Shown: positions 34,797 to 45,164, counted from the stretch's first letter. The stretch: DNA of 50,544 bases from Candidatus Bathyarchaeia archaeon (GCA_035529655.1 DATKWH010000131.1:1-50544), one strand, 5' to 3'. A program made the numbers and translations. The notes: generated from the sequence alone by a model not told the origin.

Positions 34797-35261
34797 ATGG
34801 TAAATCTTGCAAAACAGAAGAGGATTGCAGCACAGGTGTTGAAGATCGGTGAGGGGCGAGTATGGATAAATCCTGAGGCTGCTGAAGACGTAGCAGGGGC
34901 GATAACAAGAGAGGACATTCGTGGGTTGATAGGAGAAGGAATAATAATAGGAAAGCAGAAAAAAGGCGTAAGCAGAGGGAGAGCAAGAATAAGTACGAGA
35001 CAAAAAGCATTAGGTCGTAGAAAAGGACATGGATCTAGAAAAGGTGCTAAAGGTGCAAGAGCGAGTAGGAAAAAAAAGTGGATAACTAAGATTCGCGCTT
35101 TACGTAGGAGATTAAGGGAACTCCGTGATGATGATTTTGTAGATAAAACCGCTTATAGAATGTTATATAACAAAGCGAATGGTGGAGATTTCAGATCGGT
35201 GGCACATTTAAATGATTATATAACGGTAAATGAACTGCTAACAAGGGCGGAGGTTAAATAG
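34797..35261 (+). CDS. rpl19e: 50S ribosomal protein L19e (eL19)
   Basis: 154 aa. LAKQKRIAAQVLKIGEGRVWI and a basic KKG..RGRAR..R tail. Confidence 0.9.
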   Translation: MVNLAKQKRIAAQVLKIGEGRVWINPEAAEDVAGAITREDIRGLIGEGIIIGKQKKGVSRGRARISTRQKALGRRKGHGSRKGAKGARASRKKKWITKIRALRRRLRELRDDDFVDKTAYRMLYNKANGGDFRSVAHLNDYITVNELLTRAEVK

Positions 35262-35265
35262 AAAG

Positions 35266-35823
35266 ATGGGAAGAGCAAGAGGTCCAACCTATCGTGTCCC
35301 GTTTAGAAGAAGACGAGAAGGTAAGACTGATTATCGCAGAAGACTGAAACTGTTGTTCAGCAAAAAACATCGTGTTGTTGTGAGAAAAAGCAACAAAAAC
35401 ATTAGGATGCAACTGGTCGCTACTGATAAATTCGGCGATAAAACACTCATTGCTGCTATGTCCTCCGAACTTACAAAATATGGGTATGACGGTGGGAAAT
35501 GTAACTGCCCTGCAGCTTATCTTACAGGTTTGTTATTTGGTAAAAGAGCAAAAGATGCTGGTTTTAATGATAGTATCCTTGACATAGGCCTGCATACCCC
35601 TGTTCATGGATCTAACGTATATGCGGCATTAAAAGGTGCTTTTGATAGTGGGTTGACAATCCCACACGACCCTGCGGTTTTTCCGGCCGACGATCGCATC
35701 CGCGGGAACCACATTGCTACTTACTTACAAAACCCATCTATTGTTGATATGTTCCAGAGTGTGAGAGATATGATAATGAGTGATAATGAGAGAGTGATAG
35801 AGGAGGAGTCTACTACAGAATGA
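35266..35823 (+). CDS. rpl18: 50S ribosomal protein L18 (uL18)
   Basis: 185 aa. YRVPFRRRREGKTDYRRRLKLL signature. Confidence 0.9.
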   Translation: MGRARGPTYRVPFRRRREGKTDYRRRLKLLFSKKHRVVVRKSNKNIRMQLVATDKFGDKTLIAAMSSELTKYGYDGGKCNCPAAYLTGLLFGKRAKDAGFNDSILDIGLHTPVHGSNVYAALKGAFDSGLTIPHDPAVFPADDRIRGNHIATYLQNPSIVDMFQSVRDMIMSDNERVIEEESTTE

Positions 35824-36461
35824 CACAAAGAAGGGATAAAGAGAGCGAGAGGGAGAGAGTTTTAGATGCTTGGGCGCCTGTAACACGGTTAGGGATGCTG
35901 GTGAAAAGCGGAGAAATAAAGACGCTTGGAGATGCTCTTCGCTCTAACTATCCTTTAAAGGAGTATCAAGTTGTAGATGCGCTTCTTCCAGAACTCAGCG
36001 AGGAGGTTTTGGATATTAACCTTGTTCAAAGAATGACCGATTCAGGAAGGCGGGTGAAGTTCAGAGTGTGCGTTATTGTGGGAAACAGGGATGGTTATAT
36101 TGGTATAGGTTTGGGTAAGGACGCTCTTGTGCGTAGCGGTATCGAGAAGGCGGTACGCGACGCGAAAATGAACATGACGCATATTAAGCGCGGGTGTGGT
36201 TCTTGGGAGTGCAACTGTGGGGGGACACATTCGATCCCTTTTAAGGTTGTAGGAAAAGCCGGAAGTGTGGAGATAACCTTAAAACCTGCACCTAAAGGTA
36301 TTGGACTGGCTACAGGTAATATACCCAAGCGGGTATTAGATTTTTCCGGTGTTAAGGATGTATGGGCCCAGACAAAAGGACAAACCAGAACTACATTTAA
36401 CCAAGCGTTCGCAACATTCGATGCTTTACGTAAAATCGCTTTAGTGAAAACTTTGGATTGA
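35820..36461 (+). CDS. rps5: 30S ribosomal protein S5 (uS5)
   Basis: 213 aa. VVGNRDGYIGIGLGKA-like and GSVEITLKPAPKGIGL motifs. 4-nt overlap with rpl18. Confidence 0.9.
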   Translation: MTQRRDKESERERVLDAWAPVTRLGMLVKSGEIKTLGDALRSNYPLKEYQVVDALLPELSEEVLDINLVQRMTDSGRRVKFRVCVIVGNRDGYIGIGLGKDALVRSGIEKAVRDAKMNMTHIKRGCGSWECNCGGTHSIPFKVVGKAGSVEITLKPAPKGIGLATGNIPKRVLDFSGVKDVWAQTKGQTRTTFNQAFATFDALRKIALVKTLD

Positions 36462-36467
36462 TGAAAA

Positions 36468-36935
36468 ATGTACGCAATCATAAGGCTAAGGGGAAGTGTA
36501 AATATAAGGCCGGAGATAAAGCATACGTTAGAACTTCTCAGGTTACATAGAGTAAACCACTGTGTAGTCGTGGAAGAGAATGATTACAACAAGGGAATGC
36601 TAATTAAAGCGAAGGATTACGTGGCCTGGGGAGAGATATCTGAGGACAACCTTGAGACTTTATTTAAAAACAGAGGTAGATTAGAAGGGGGTGATATATT
36701 AACTGAAGAGTTTTTACACGAAAAAACCTCTTTTACTTCATTAAAAGATCTTGCTCATGCGTTGTTTGAGGGTGAAGTGAAGATGAAAGATTTGATGGGT
36801 TATAAAATCAAACCTGTATTCAGACTTCACCCCCCGAGAAAAGGCCATAAAGGAATTAAACGTGGCTTTAAAGTAGGCGGGGAACTCGGTTATCATGGCG
36901 ATAAAATAACTGAGTTATTGCATAAGATGCGGTGA
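36468..36935 (+). CDS. rpl30: 50S ribosomal protein L30 (uL30)
   Basis: 155 aa. MYAIIRLRGSVNIRPEIKHTLELLRLHRVNH. Confidence 0.9.
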   Translation: MYAIIRLRGSVNIRPEIKHTLELLRLHRVNHCVVVEENDYNKGMLIKAKDYVAWGEISEDNLETLFKNRGRLEGGDILTEEFLHEKTSFTSLKDLAHALFEGEVKMKDLMGYKIKPVFRLHPPRKGHKGIKRGFKVGGELGYHGDKITELLHKMR

Positions 36936-37023
36936 AAGGGTGAGATAAAAGTCAAAAACCAATTATCTGTCTATTTTCAGCAACCTTTTTTATTTTATTA
37001 CACTGCTTTTATCGTAAAAAGAG

Positions 37024-37707
37024 ATGAATCCACAGATACAACCTTGGAAAAACTGGAAACATGTCACAAAACTGGATCCTGATAAGTATATCTCTATCGA
37101 GGATTTGGAAACCATTGTGGGAAGTGGAACAGACGCCATTATGATCTCTGGTACTCAAAACATCACGAATACAAATGTAGGTCAGCTCATATCGCTTCTG
37201 AAGGACTTTAAAATACCAAAAATTTTGGAGCCTGCAACTCCTGATGCTGTCTTAGATGGGGCTGTGGATTATATTTTCGTGCCCTTAGTCCTCAATGCTG
37301 GTGATTTGAAGTGGATTGTGGGTAAGCATAAGGACTGGATACAGAAGCATAAAATAACGTGGGGAAAAGTTATACCTGAGGCGTATATAGTTATGAATCC
37401 AGAATCCGCCGTAGCTAAACTGACAAAAGCGAAGACAGACTTAACCCCAGATGAGGTCATCGCTTACGCGCAATATGCCGAAAAGTATCTTCGGCTACCT
37501 ATCGTTTATATGGAATACAGCGGAACCTACGGAGATCCAATCCTGGTAAAGAGTCTAAGAGCATCGTTAACCGAAGCATCGTTGTTTTACGGAGGAGGAA
37601 TTGAATCTCAGGTGACCACAGCCGAGATGCTGAGATATGCTGATGTTATTGTGGTTGGAAACGTGGTGTACACCGACATAGATAAGTTTATTGAGACCAT
37701 TCCCTGA
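37024..37707 (+). CDS. geranylgeranylglyceryl phosphate synthase (PcrB/GGGPS family)
   Basis: 227 aa, colinear with PcrB: WKHVTKLDPDK, GTDAIMISG, YMEYSG and LFYGGGI..VVGN motifs. Confidence 0.9.
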   Translation: MNPQIQPWKNWKHVTKLDPDKYISIEDLETIVGSGTDAIMISGTQNITNTNVGQLISLLKDFKIPKILEPATPDAVLDGAVDYIFVPLVLNAGDLKWIVGKHKDWIQKHKITWGKVIPEAYIVMNPESAVAKLTKAKTDLTPDEVIAYAQYAEKYLRLPIVYMEYSGTYGDPILVKSLRASLTEASLFYGGGIESQVTTAEMLRYADVIVVGNVVYTDIDKFIETIP

Positions 37708-37754
37708 GGGATGCAGAAGTCGCCATCTCCAGTGGAAGTGTAGGGGTGTCTGGG

Positions 37755-38654
37755 TTAAAAAACACTCCCTGTTACAGCTTCCGTGCGAATCTTCAGCAAA
37801 TAACCCTTAAACAAAGATTTTTTCAAATCACAAATTTCAGAGAGTTTCTTCTTACCAACTTCAACCTCTTTTATCCTTCCCACATCTTTTTCCTCTATGT
37901 TTATCCGTAAACCATCCAATTGGATAATAATCGGTAACTCCTCCCCCGCTTCTGGTGGTATCACCATCTCTATCATATCTTTTATAAACAAAGGAGAAGC
38001 AGCTAACGGGTCTTCCTCTATCTCTCGCCTCCTCTCATCTACGATCTTCCCCAATTCCGCGGTCATGTCATCTAAAATATCTATTTCACCTTTTCTCCTC
38101 ATTCTATCCGTCTTCCTTCCTATTCCTCCTACATAATGTTCCACCTCGAGGTCAGGTGGCCCCCCAACCACCATATAAGGCACATCAAGCATAGCGCATA
38201 ACCGCACCTTCTCCTCTATACACTCCTTAAAACAGCCAAATACAAATACCGCGGCATCAAATTCCTCTATTATCGCCCTCTCCTGTGCTGTCATCTGTGC
38301 TATCCTCTGTCCCACACCCCTCGCCAGACCCAGCATATTGGTGATCGCACCTTTTCTCCTGAAAAATTCCGCGATATCACAAACGGGATCAACAGCGTGG
38401 TGTTTGCCTAGAGAAGGGTCTATTATTACTATCTCCGCACCGGCTAAAGGCAGCTCTTTGAACTTACCACCCAGATCTTTTATTTTATCCCTGATTACCC
38501 GCTCTTCCTCCTCAGGGAATGCTAAATGCAGCATTGTCTCCGTCTGCATAACGGATTCTTGCAGTATAAACCCGCCTATATCCTCTATCAGCTCTTTCAA
38601 CTCGTTAAACTTATACACACCACCCTCAAACATCATTATTTTATACATGTGCAC
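37755..38654 (-). CDS. probable methanogenesis marker protein 7
   Basis: 299 aa. Assignment rests on size, its position in a three-gene string with an ASKHA-type ATPase, and a methanogen-specific context next to mtr. Needs HMM confirmation. Confidence 0.45.
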   Translation of the reverse strand: MHMYKIMMFEGGVYKFNELKELIEDIGGFILQESVMQTETMLHLAFPEEEERVIRDKIKDLGGKFKELPLAGAEIVIIDPSLGKHHAVDPVCDIAEFFRRKGAITNMLGLARGVGQRIAQMTAQERAIIEEFDAAVFVFGCFKECIEEKVRLCAMLDVPYMVVGGPPDLEVEHYVGGIGRKTDRMRRKGEIDILDDMTAELGKIVDERRREIEEDPLAASPLFIKDMIEMVIPPEAGEELPIIIQLDGLRINIEEKDVGRIKEVEVGKKKLSEICDLKKSLFKGYLLKIRTEAVTGSVF

Positions 38655-39186
38655 TCACCAGCTCTTCCGCTTTTTTCTTCCATTCCTCCCCTATTGGATT
38701 CTCAGAGGCGATAATAGTCAATCTACCGGTAGAAGTGATTGTAGACCGGACTCTTGCACCTTCCGGGAATATCCTGTCCATACCATCCAAGAGTCTCGCT
38801 ACTAAATCCTCTCTGGGGTCATAGACAACCAACTCCTTGAGTTCGTCTACTTCCTTCTCCTCTAATTTTAAACCTATCTCTAATCTGCTTATTTGCTGAA
38901 CTCGCTCTCCATACATCTCCCAAAGCAGAGCAAGCAATTTAGGTGCATATGTCTCATTCGTTATCCTAAAATTCTCTCCTTCTCGGTGCGTTATGTCCCC
39001 TACCTTTATCGGACTTGCCACCCGCCCTATCTTAACCGAGACAATAAAAACGTGTTCCTTCGGGTTGCAATACATGTAAACGAGGTCTAAACTACTTCTC
39101 ACTCCCACATCCCTAAGTGTACTCATACATATCTTCTCGTAAGAGGCATTAGCAAAATCATCCCCCCCTTCAACTTTTACCTCCAT
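38641..39186 (-). CDS. probable methanogenesis marker protein 17
   Basis: 181 aa. Overlaps the downstream gene by 14 nt. Size and order are consistent with the marker 15/17/7 cluster. Needs HMM confirmation. Confidence 0.4.
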   Translation of the reverse strand: MEVKVEGGDDFANASYEKICMSTLRDVGVRSSLDLVYMYCNPKEHVFIVSVKIGRVASPIKVGDITHREGENFRITNETYAPKLLALLWEMYGERVQQISRLEIGLKLEEKEVDELKELVVYDPREDLVARLLDGMDRIFPEGARVRSTITSTGRLTIIASENPIGEEWKKKAEELVSAHV

Positions 39187-39276
39187 CTCAACATTCTCCC
39201 CTAACCGGTACTTACTATACTATATATATCCGCTAATTTAGGAAAAACACCGGCAAATTTATATATATTCCGATTG

Positions 39277-40770
39277 CTATTTTTTCTGCACATTTACCCG
39301 CTGGCCATACAAACATCCGCGACCCTGAACGCCTCCTATTGGATTCCCTACGGTTCCAAACTGGTGCATGCACTTCCCAAGGACAGCCGCACCTCTTGCC
39401 AGCGCATCGTCTGCAAATACCACCTCTTTATCCATATTTCTACCAAATAATGTGCTTAGCTTCTCCAACAAAAGTTCGGGCTTTTTCCCCGTTATTCCCG
39501 CTCTTCCGGTTATCCCTATCTTCGTGTTATGCAGGAGTAAACCCTCCTCATTCGCTATTCCCACCAACTCTTCCACTACACACGCCGACAACTCATCTAT
39601 TACCGGGATGATATATTGCTCCCCCTCATCTTTCACGAGTTCGACACCGATATCCGCTATTTTAGGTAGATTTGAGAGGTTCTCTCCTGCATCGACTCCA
39701 ATGAGCACTACGCCATTTTTCGCCGCGGCGTCTACATTCACCGGAATTCCACCCATTCTCGTGCTGCCATTTTTTACTTTTTCTATGCGTACAAGCTCTA
39801 AGATCTCCTCTACGTACCCTTTTACTACCTCCTTCCTTATTCTCTTCCCCCGGAGACTCGCTTTTGCTAAATCGAGTACTGAAGGGAAATTAACGTTCAC
39901 CACCTTTGATACCACCGCATCAGGTATCGCACCGGCTAAGCCGCAAAAGCTTCCTATAACACGCGCGTATGGCAACCCACCATCGGTTATTCTACCTGCG
40001 AGGGTAGTGCCGAAATCTAAAGATAGAACAGGGCTACGATAATCAACATCCAACCATTTAGCCGCTTCTTTAAGTCCCGCAGTTACAAGCTCACCCTCCA
40101 TCTCATTTCCCACTATCGACTCCCCCCCCGGTGGGAGGTCCCCGGTCACAGCGCCGTCGAAATAAGTCTTTTCCATCCGCGAAAAAGCCCTCAAATCAGG
40201 GGGGATGTTCTCTATCGTCATAGGAGAAATCATCTTCCGGGGCGGCACACCAGCAAGCATGCATCCTTTTGCTAAGGCTTTTATTACCCCCGCTACCTCA
40301 TCTATTTTGTAGAAACACGCGGTGACACCGGTTGAGCGCACTACGAAATGCATATCAGTGATGGTTATTCCTGCGGACCGTGTACATTCCTGCAACGTCG
40401 CTTTCACCAGTTCCGCAATGGAATCCTCGGAAAGGTCAACCATACTAATCGTATGGCAGAAGGCCTCGCGAGGAGATATAGCCTCACGGGTCATTTTTAC
40501 TGCCTTGTCAAGGATATAGGTCTGTCCACTTTTAAGATTTGTCGCGGTTAAGATAGCCTTAGTGGTGCTGTTCCCAAGTTCAACACTAGCCACGATAAAA
40601 ATAGGTCGTAGTGAGAGGTCCCCGCGGGACAGTCGTAATCTATAATGCAACTCCGAATAATGAATCTTTTCCGTTTCCAATAATTTTGGCCGGTGCCTCT
40701 TTGTAAATAATCCCATTATTGGTTGTGCTCCCTTGCGCTCGCAGTGCACATGCTTAAGGTATAAACACAA
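39277..40770 (-). CDS. probable methanogenesis marker protein 15 (ASKHA/BadF-BcrA-like ATPase fold)
   Basis: 497 aa. VELGNSTTKAILTAT phosphate-1-like motif, LDFGTTLAG second nucleotide-binding motif. True start may be the internal MGLFTK. Confidence 0.45.
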   Translation of the reverse strand: MCLYLKHVHCERKGAQPIMGLFTKRHRPKLLETEKIHYSELHYRLRLSRGDLSLRPIFIVASVELGNSTTKAILTATNLKSGQTYILDKAVKMTREAISPREAFCHTISMVDLSEDSIAELVKATLQECTRSAGITITDMHFVVRSTGVTACFYKIDEVAGVIKALAKGCMLAGVPPRKMISPMTIENIPPDLRAFSRMEKTYFDGAVTGDLPPGGESIVGNEMEGELVTAGLKEAAKWLDVDYRSPVLSLDFGTTLAGRITDGGLPYARVIGSFCGLAGAIPDAVVSKVVNVNFPSVLDLAKASLRGKRIRKEVVKGYVEEILELVRIEKVKNGSTRMGGIPVNVDAAAKNGVVLIGVDAGENLSNLPKIADIGVELVKDEGEQYIIPVIDELSACVVEELVGIANEEGLLLHNTKIGITGRAGITGKKPELLLEKLSTLFGRNMDKEVVFADDALARGAAVLGKCMHQFGTVGNPIGGVQGRGCLYGQRVNVQKK

Positions 40771-40995
40771 CGTCGTTTAATAAACATTTCGGTTTTTTGG
40801 TGAACAAGCCCATACATAGATATACGCTCTTACGTCAAAATATGGCTGCTATCTATAAAACCTCAGTACGTTCTCCGCGTTCAGCACACCGGCTTATGTT
40901 AGCCATTTCGGTTATATTTATAACCAAAAACAATAGCTATTTAAGCGTAAACTTAAATCATCTAAACCATTTTTTGTACCGGAAAAAATAGAAAG

Positions 40996-41003
40996 CTTTA
41001 TAT
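40996..41003 (+). promoter_or_regulatory. candidate TATA box of the mtr operon
   Basis: GAAAGCTTTATATGG with TATA centre about 28 nt upstream of the mtrE ATG (41028). Confidence 0.35.
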
Positions 41004-41027
41004 GGTGCCCCTGTCTATTTTTCGTTC

Positions 41028-42011
41028 ATGCCAATAGAAGTAGTATTGCTTTTTGCATGGATGTTAGTGATAGCGTTCTTAGCGTTCATAGCATGTACGT
41101 TCGAGGACTTGGAGTCAGATATGGGATCTCAGAGCAATCCGAATTCGCAGGTGCAGTTAGCGGCGCAGGTGGGGCAGGTAAATCGGTTCTTTAACAAAGC
41201 GATTTCAGGCGAGCCATTATCGAATGCAATGTATTGCGTAACCGCGGGGACGATAGCATGGTTACTATTGCGGCAGTTTGAGCCTTTAGTTCCGGGTGAG
41301 GAATGGAAGGCGGCGGTACTGGCAATACCCATCGGGGTACTCGCGGCAACAATGATGAATGTGATATTTGCGACGACAGCGCATTGCGGCAGAGTAGCAG
41401 GACAGAAGCGTTTCGAGCAGCCAATCTATCTCGATGTGTTATACGGACATCTGATGCCGATTGGAGCGCACGCGTTTATGACGACGTTCTGTATCACCGT
41501 AATAGCATACATACAGAGCAACTTAGGGACTCTGTCAGGGAACACAGCATTGAACCATCCGTTCGCACTACCCCTGCTCGGTTTCATCTGGGGGATTACG
41601 GTGGGCGCGATAGGATCCTCTACCGGTGACGTCCATTATGGAACGGAGCGAGAGTTTCAAGACAGACCGTTTGGAGAAGGTAAGCGGGTAGTTTACCACG
41701 GTAAGATCACGCGATACGCAGAATGCGGTGTACGGACACAGAAGGACATTGCAGGGTTCTGTGCGAAATTCGGTGGACCGTGTACGGGACTGACCTTCGG
41801 ACTCATCATTCTCTTTGAGAACTGGAGAAGTATGGTTGGGATGCAGCTCGGAGGCTTTTTACCAGCATTACCCGTCTTTACAGCGACCGGTGATATGGCA
41901 GCGATATTCGCTATCGTACTGGGACTCCTTATAGTAGCAGCGTTGATGGTGGGAAACCTGGTGTTCGTGAAATGGGTGAGAAAGAAATATGGGCCTTTTG
42001 TAGGAGTGTGA
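41028..42011 (+). CDS. mtrE: tetrahydromethanopterin S-methyltransferase subunit E
   Basis: 327 aa. EDLESDMGSQSNPNSQVQLAAQVG..NRFFNKAISGEP is the hallmark MtrE motif. Confidence 0.95.
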   Translation: MPIEVVLLFAWMLVIAFLAFIACTFEDLESDMGSQSNPNSQVQLAAQVGQVNRFFNKAISGEPLSNAMYCVTAGTIAWLLLRQFEPLVPGEEWKAAVLAIPIGVLAATMMNVIFATTAHCGRVAGQKRFEQPIYLDVLYGHLMPIGAHAFMTTFCITVIAYIQSNLGTLSGNTALNHPFALPLLGFIWGITVGAIGSSTGDVHYGTEREFQDRPFGEGKRVVYHGKITRYAECGVRTQKDIAGFCAKFGGPCTGLTFGLIILFENWRSMVGMQLGGFLPALPVFTATGDMAAIFAIVLGLLIVAALMVGNLVFVKWVRKKYGPFVGV

Positions 42012-42020
42012 TGTGATAAA

Positions 42021-42722
42021 ATGGAACCAGTAATAATGATTTTGATAGTGGGATGTGTAGTAATAGGCGGGTTACTCGCAAGTTTAGGAGCTCATCTCCT
42101 ACCAGTAGGAGGAGCACCAGCGGCAATGGGCACCGCAACAGGGATCGCAACGGGGACAGTCCAGATAATGCTCGGAGCGGTGCTGACGGGATTATTCACA
42201 GCGGCATCAGTGGCTACTTTCACAGACAATCTTCTTCTCGTATCGTTATCCGGTGCATTGGGTGCGACGGTGATGATCTGTGTGGTCATGTTCATGGCGA
42301 ATGTCCTGTATGCCTTTGGCTGCGGTGTCGTTCCGGTATCAGGCAGAGTAGAGGTGGATCCGATAACCAAGGAACCACAGACTGCGTACAAGACACCTCA
42401 AACCGATGGTCATGGCGTGCCAAATGTGGTTTTTGTCTCAGGCACCATGGGTGGTTTCATAGGTGGATTTGGAGGTGCACTGATGTACTACGCGCTACTC
42501 AATTACGCGCACTTTTCAGCAGGAACGGCAGCGGTTGTAGCATTCTCCATCTTCGTAGCCAATGCGATACTTGCAGCGTACAACATACGAGGTACCATAG
42601 AGGGATTCCACGATCCGAAGTTCAAGAGACTGCCAAAAGCACTTGTTTCATCGTTAGCCGTCTCGCTGCTTTGCGGAATAGTGGTCGTGCTTGCAACAAT
42701 AATATTAGGAGGGGCATTGTAA
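42021..42722 (+). CDS. mtrD: tetrahydromethanopterin S-methyltransferase subunit D
   Basis: 233-aa polytopic membrane protein in the canonical mtr position. GGAPAAMGTATGI and GHGVPNVVF motifs. Confidence 0.9.
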   Translation: MEPVIMILIVGCVVIGGLLASLGAHLLPVGGAPAAMGTATGIATGTVQIMLGAVLTGLFTAASVATFTDNLLLVSLSGALGATVMICVVMFMANVLYAFGCGVVPVSGRVEVDPITKEPQTAYKTPQTDGHGVPNVVFVSGTMGGFIGGFGGALMYYALLNYAHFSAGTAAVVAFSIFVANAILAAYNIRGTIEGFHDPKFKRLPKALVSSLAVSLLCGIVVVLATIILGGAL

Positions 42723-42723
42723 A

Positions 42724-43578
42724 ATGACAGTAACACCAGCAGTAGTGGAAGAAGAAGAAGAAGCGCCGAAGAAGGGATTGTCGTTCAAGTTCCCGCCGGA
42801 AGAGACCGAGATGGGGCTTATCGCAGGCATAATTGCAGCGGTGATAGTCATATTTACGGGATTGCCAGCAGTGATCAAAGGAGTGGGGCTACTCTTAGCT
42901 TTTCTCTGGGGTATGGATTCAGTGCGAAAGACGTCTAAATATGGATTAGGGACGGGTGTTCCATCCATAGGCGTGCTGGCGACAGGTTATGGTGTTGTAG
43001 GTGCGCTGATGGGATTAGCCGTCGCGGAGTATGGTAGAGTGGGTCAGTTGTATCCAGCGGTGTTGGTTGGTGTCATCATCATGGGGATTATCGGCTACAT
43101 ATCAGGCATATTTGCGAACGGTGAGAAGTTCATAGCGATGAAAATCCCGAGATTAGAGAGAGCGATGATGGAGTTAGGAATGGCAGGGACACTTGCAATA
43201 TTGCTCGAAAGTTCCATCTTGACCGGCTCGCTGAGCTTCGCTGCAGTGGTAGACAACGTAATGAATACAGGGCTTATAGCACTGCTGTTCATCTTCAATT
43301 GTTTTGCGATGCTTCACCCGTACAACGCATGTCTCGGACCAGATGAGCGAAGAGAGAGAACAAGGATGGTTGCAGTGGAGATTTCAGGGTTGATATGCGT
43401 CCTGTTGGGATTGGCGATGATCGGACTTGGTACTTCTCCGTATGGAATTTTAGACGGGGTGTCATTGATAGTCTTTGGAGTGATCGTTTGGGTAGTGTTC
43501 TTCAGGATGTTCATCAAGGCCTGCATGGATGAGTGCTATGCAACAGTGGGAACAGGAATGATCAAAACGATAGAATAA
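42724..43578 (+). CDS. mtrC: tetrahydromethanopterin S-methyltransferase subunit C
   Basis: 284-aa polytopic membrane protein, canonical position and size. Confidence 0.85.
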   Translation: MTVTPAVVEEEEEAPKKGLSFKFPPEETEMGLIAGIIAAVIVIFTGLPAVIKGVGLLLAFLWGMDSVRKTSKYGLGTGVPSIGVLATGYGVVGALMGLAVAEYGRVGQLYPAVLVGVIIMGIIGYISGIFANGEKFIAMKIPRLERAMMELGMAGTLAILLESSILTGSLSFAAVVDNVMNTGLIALLFIFNCFAMLHPYNACLGPDERRERTRMVAVEISGLICVLLGLAMIGLGTSPYGILDGVSLIVFGVIVWVVFFRMFIKACMDECYATVGTGMIKTIE

Positions 43579-43600
43579 AGGAAGGAGGAAAAAAGAAAAC

Positions 43601-43903
43601 ATGATCGTAATCAATGAAAAGTTTGGTATTGTTTTGGATCCAGACACGCTTACCGTAGGAGTCAGCAGACCAGGGTTCTATAAAGTAAATCTTGCACCGA
43701 TAGAAGAGCAAATAACGGTTCTGGAATCCGCAGTGGATGACCTGTTCAATTGCCTTGATCCGACCACCGGCTTCAACCTGTCACAGCCAAACAGAGAGGG
43801 AGCGTTGAGTAACGCGGGCTTCATGACCTTTTTCATGCTCGGAGTTACCTTTGCGGTGTTAGCGGTCGCAATAGTGTTCATAGCCTTAGGAGGCGGTGTG
43901 TGA
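43601..43903 (+). CDS. mtrB: tetrahydromethanopterin S-methyltransferase subunit B
   Basis: 100 aa with a single C-terminal TM helix, canonical position and size. Confidence 0.85.
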   Translation: MIVINEKFGIVLDPDTLTVGVSRPGFYKVNLAPIEEQITVLESAVDDLFNCLDPTTGFNLSQPNREGALSNAGFMTFFMLGVTFAVLAVAIVFIALGGGV

Positions 43904-44637
43904 AGATGGCAGAGAAGAAAGAAGTTCCAGATGGCTGGCCGCTGGTAACCGGCGACTATGAAGTTGGCGATCCGCAGAGTTGCGTGGCAATATCCTCAAA
44001 TGGGTCGTATTTCCACATCGAGCACCTGAAAGGTATCGCAATACAGGGACCGGATAAAACAGAGAACATCGGGTTAGAGAAGATAATGACGAACGTTATC
44101 TCAAATCCAAACATACGATTCCTCATCGCAGCCGGTGCGGAAGTTCCAGGGCATATAAGCGGCGGTTCATTGATCGCACTGGTGGCGAACGGTGTTGACC
44201 CATCAAATCATAAGATAATCGGAACCACAGGAGCAATTCCATACATCGAGAATTTACCGGATGAAGCGGTTGCGCGATTCAGAGACCAGGTGGAAGTAAT
44301 TGACATGCTCGGGGAGGAGGATTATGGTAAGATCAATGCAAAGGTCAAAGAGCTTACAGCGCGAGATCCGGGAGCGTATCCTGAAGACCCGATGGTTGTG
44401 AAACTGGGTGTCGAGGAAGCGGGTGCAGCAGTATTAGAAATGCCGTTAGCCATGCCTGCATCACCGTACATGGCCGTAATAAACCGTGCCACGGAGCAGA
44501 TAACCTATAAGACAACGTTACTTGCGAGGGACCAGAAGTTAACCTCTGGGCTATCGAAAAACGGTCTTTTCGGACTCATGGCGGGGTTGATAAGCGCGTT
44601 CATCTTCCTTTTGCCACTAATATTGGGGGTGATATAA
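43900..44637 (+). CDS. mtrA: tetrahydromethanopterin S-methyltransferase subunit A (corrinoid-binding)
   Basis: 245 aa. GWPLVTGDYEVGDP, NIRFLIAAGAEVPGH and a C-terminal TM anchor. Confidence 0.95.
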   Translation: MKMAEKKEVPDGWPLVTGDYEVGDPQSCVAISSNGSYFHIEHLKGIAIQGPDKTENIGLEKIMTNVISNPNIRFLIAAGAEVPGHISGGSLIALVANGVDPSNHKIIGTTGAIPYIENLPDEAVARFRDQVEVIDMLGEEDYGKINAKVKELTARDPGAYPEDPMVVKLGVEEAGAAVLEMPLAMPASPYMAVINRATEQITYKTTLLARDQKLTSGLSKNGLFGLMAGLISAFIFLLPLILGVI

Positions 44638-44847
44638 ATGGCGCCACAGAAGGAGAAGGTAGTACAACAAACACCGGAAACGGCGGTTTTAACCGCGCGA
44701 ATAGAGGATCTGAGACACTTTATAACAATGATCGGCCGTGATTCACGGTTCGCAGCGGGACTCTGGGCAGGATTCGTAAAAGGTCTGGCAATCGGGATTT
44801 TCGTGAGTACCCTTTTCGTCGGTCTTAAACTTTTGGTAATGGTGTAG
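44638..44847 (+). CDS. mtrF: tetrahydromethanopterin S-methyltransferase subunit F
   Basis: 69 aa with one TM helix, canonical position. Confidence 0.8.
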   Translation: MAPQKEKVVQQTPETAVLTARIEDLRHFITMIGRDSRFAAGLWAGFVKGLAIGIFVSTLFVGLKLLVMV

Positions 44848-44870
44848 GAGGATAAGAGGAGAAAAGAAGA

Positions 44871-45164
44871 ATGGGAGAAGAAAAGAAGCCAGAAGAGGAG
44901 ATGGAAAAGGCGATAGAGAAGGAAGTGGAAGCAGAGATTTTACAGAAACTGGAGGCGGAACTGGAGGAGAAAGCTGTTCCTGTCGCCACAACACCACCTG
45001 AGCACACAAAACTCCTGGCGCGAATAAATGACATGGATGAACGAGTGGAATTCGTCGCAGGAGAACTCTGGCAACGACAGGGCGAAAAAATAGGTTTCAC
45101 AGTCGGTCTTTTATACGGCGTAATGATAGGAATAGTTACGTATGTGATATTCCTGATGGCATAA
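44871..45164 (+). CDS. mtrG: tetrahydromethanopterin S-methyltransferase subunit G
   Basis: 97 aa. RINDMDERVEFVAGELWQRQGEKIGFTVGLLYG matches the MtrG core. Acidic N-terminal extension. Confidence 0.85.
   Translation: MGEEKKPEEEMEKAIEKEVEAEILQKLEAELEEKAVPVATTPPEHTKLLARINDMDERVEFVAGELWQRQGEKIGFTVGLLYGVMIGIVTYVIFLMA

Noticed and set aside
42053-42727. 224-aa alternative-frame ORF inside mtrD, plus other overlapping ORFs across the mtr operon
   Set aside because: It is an Arg/Ser/Gly-rich out-of-frame translation of a GC-richer membrane-protein gene. The mtr frames account for the region.
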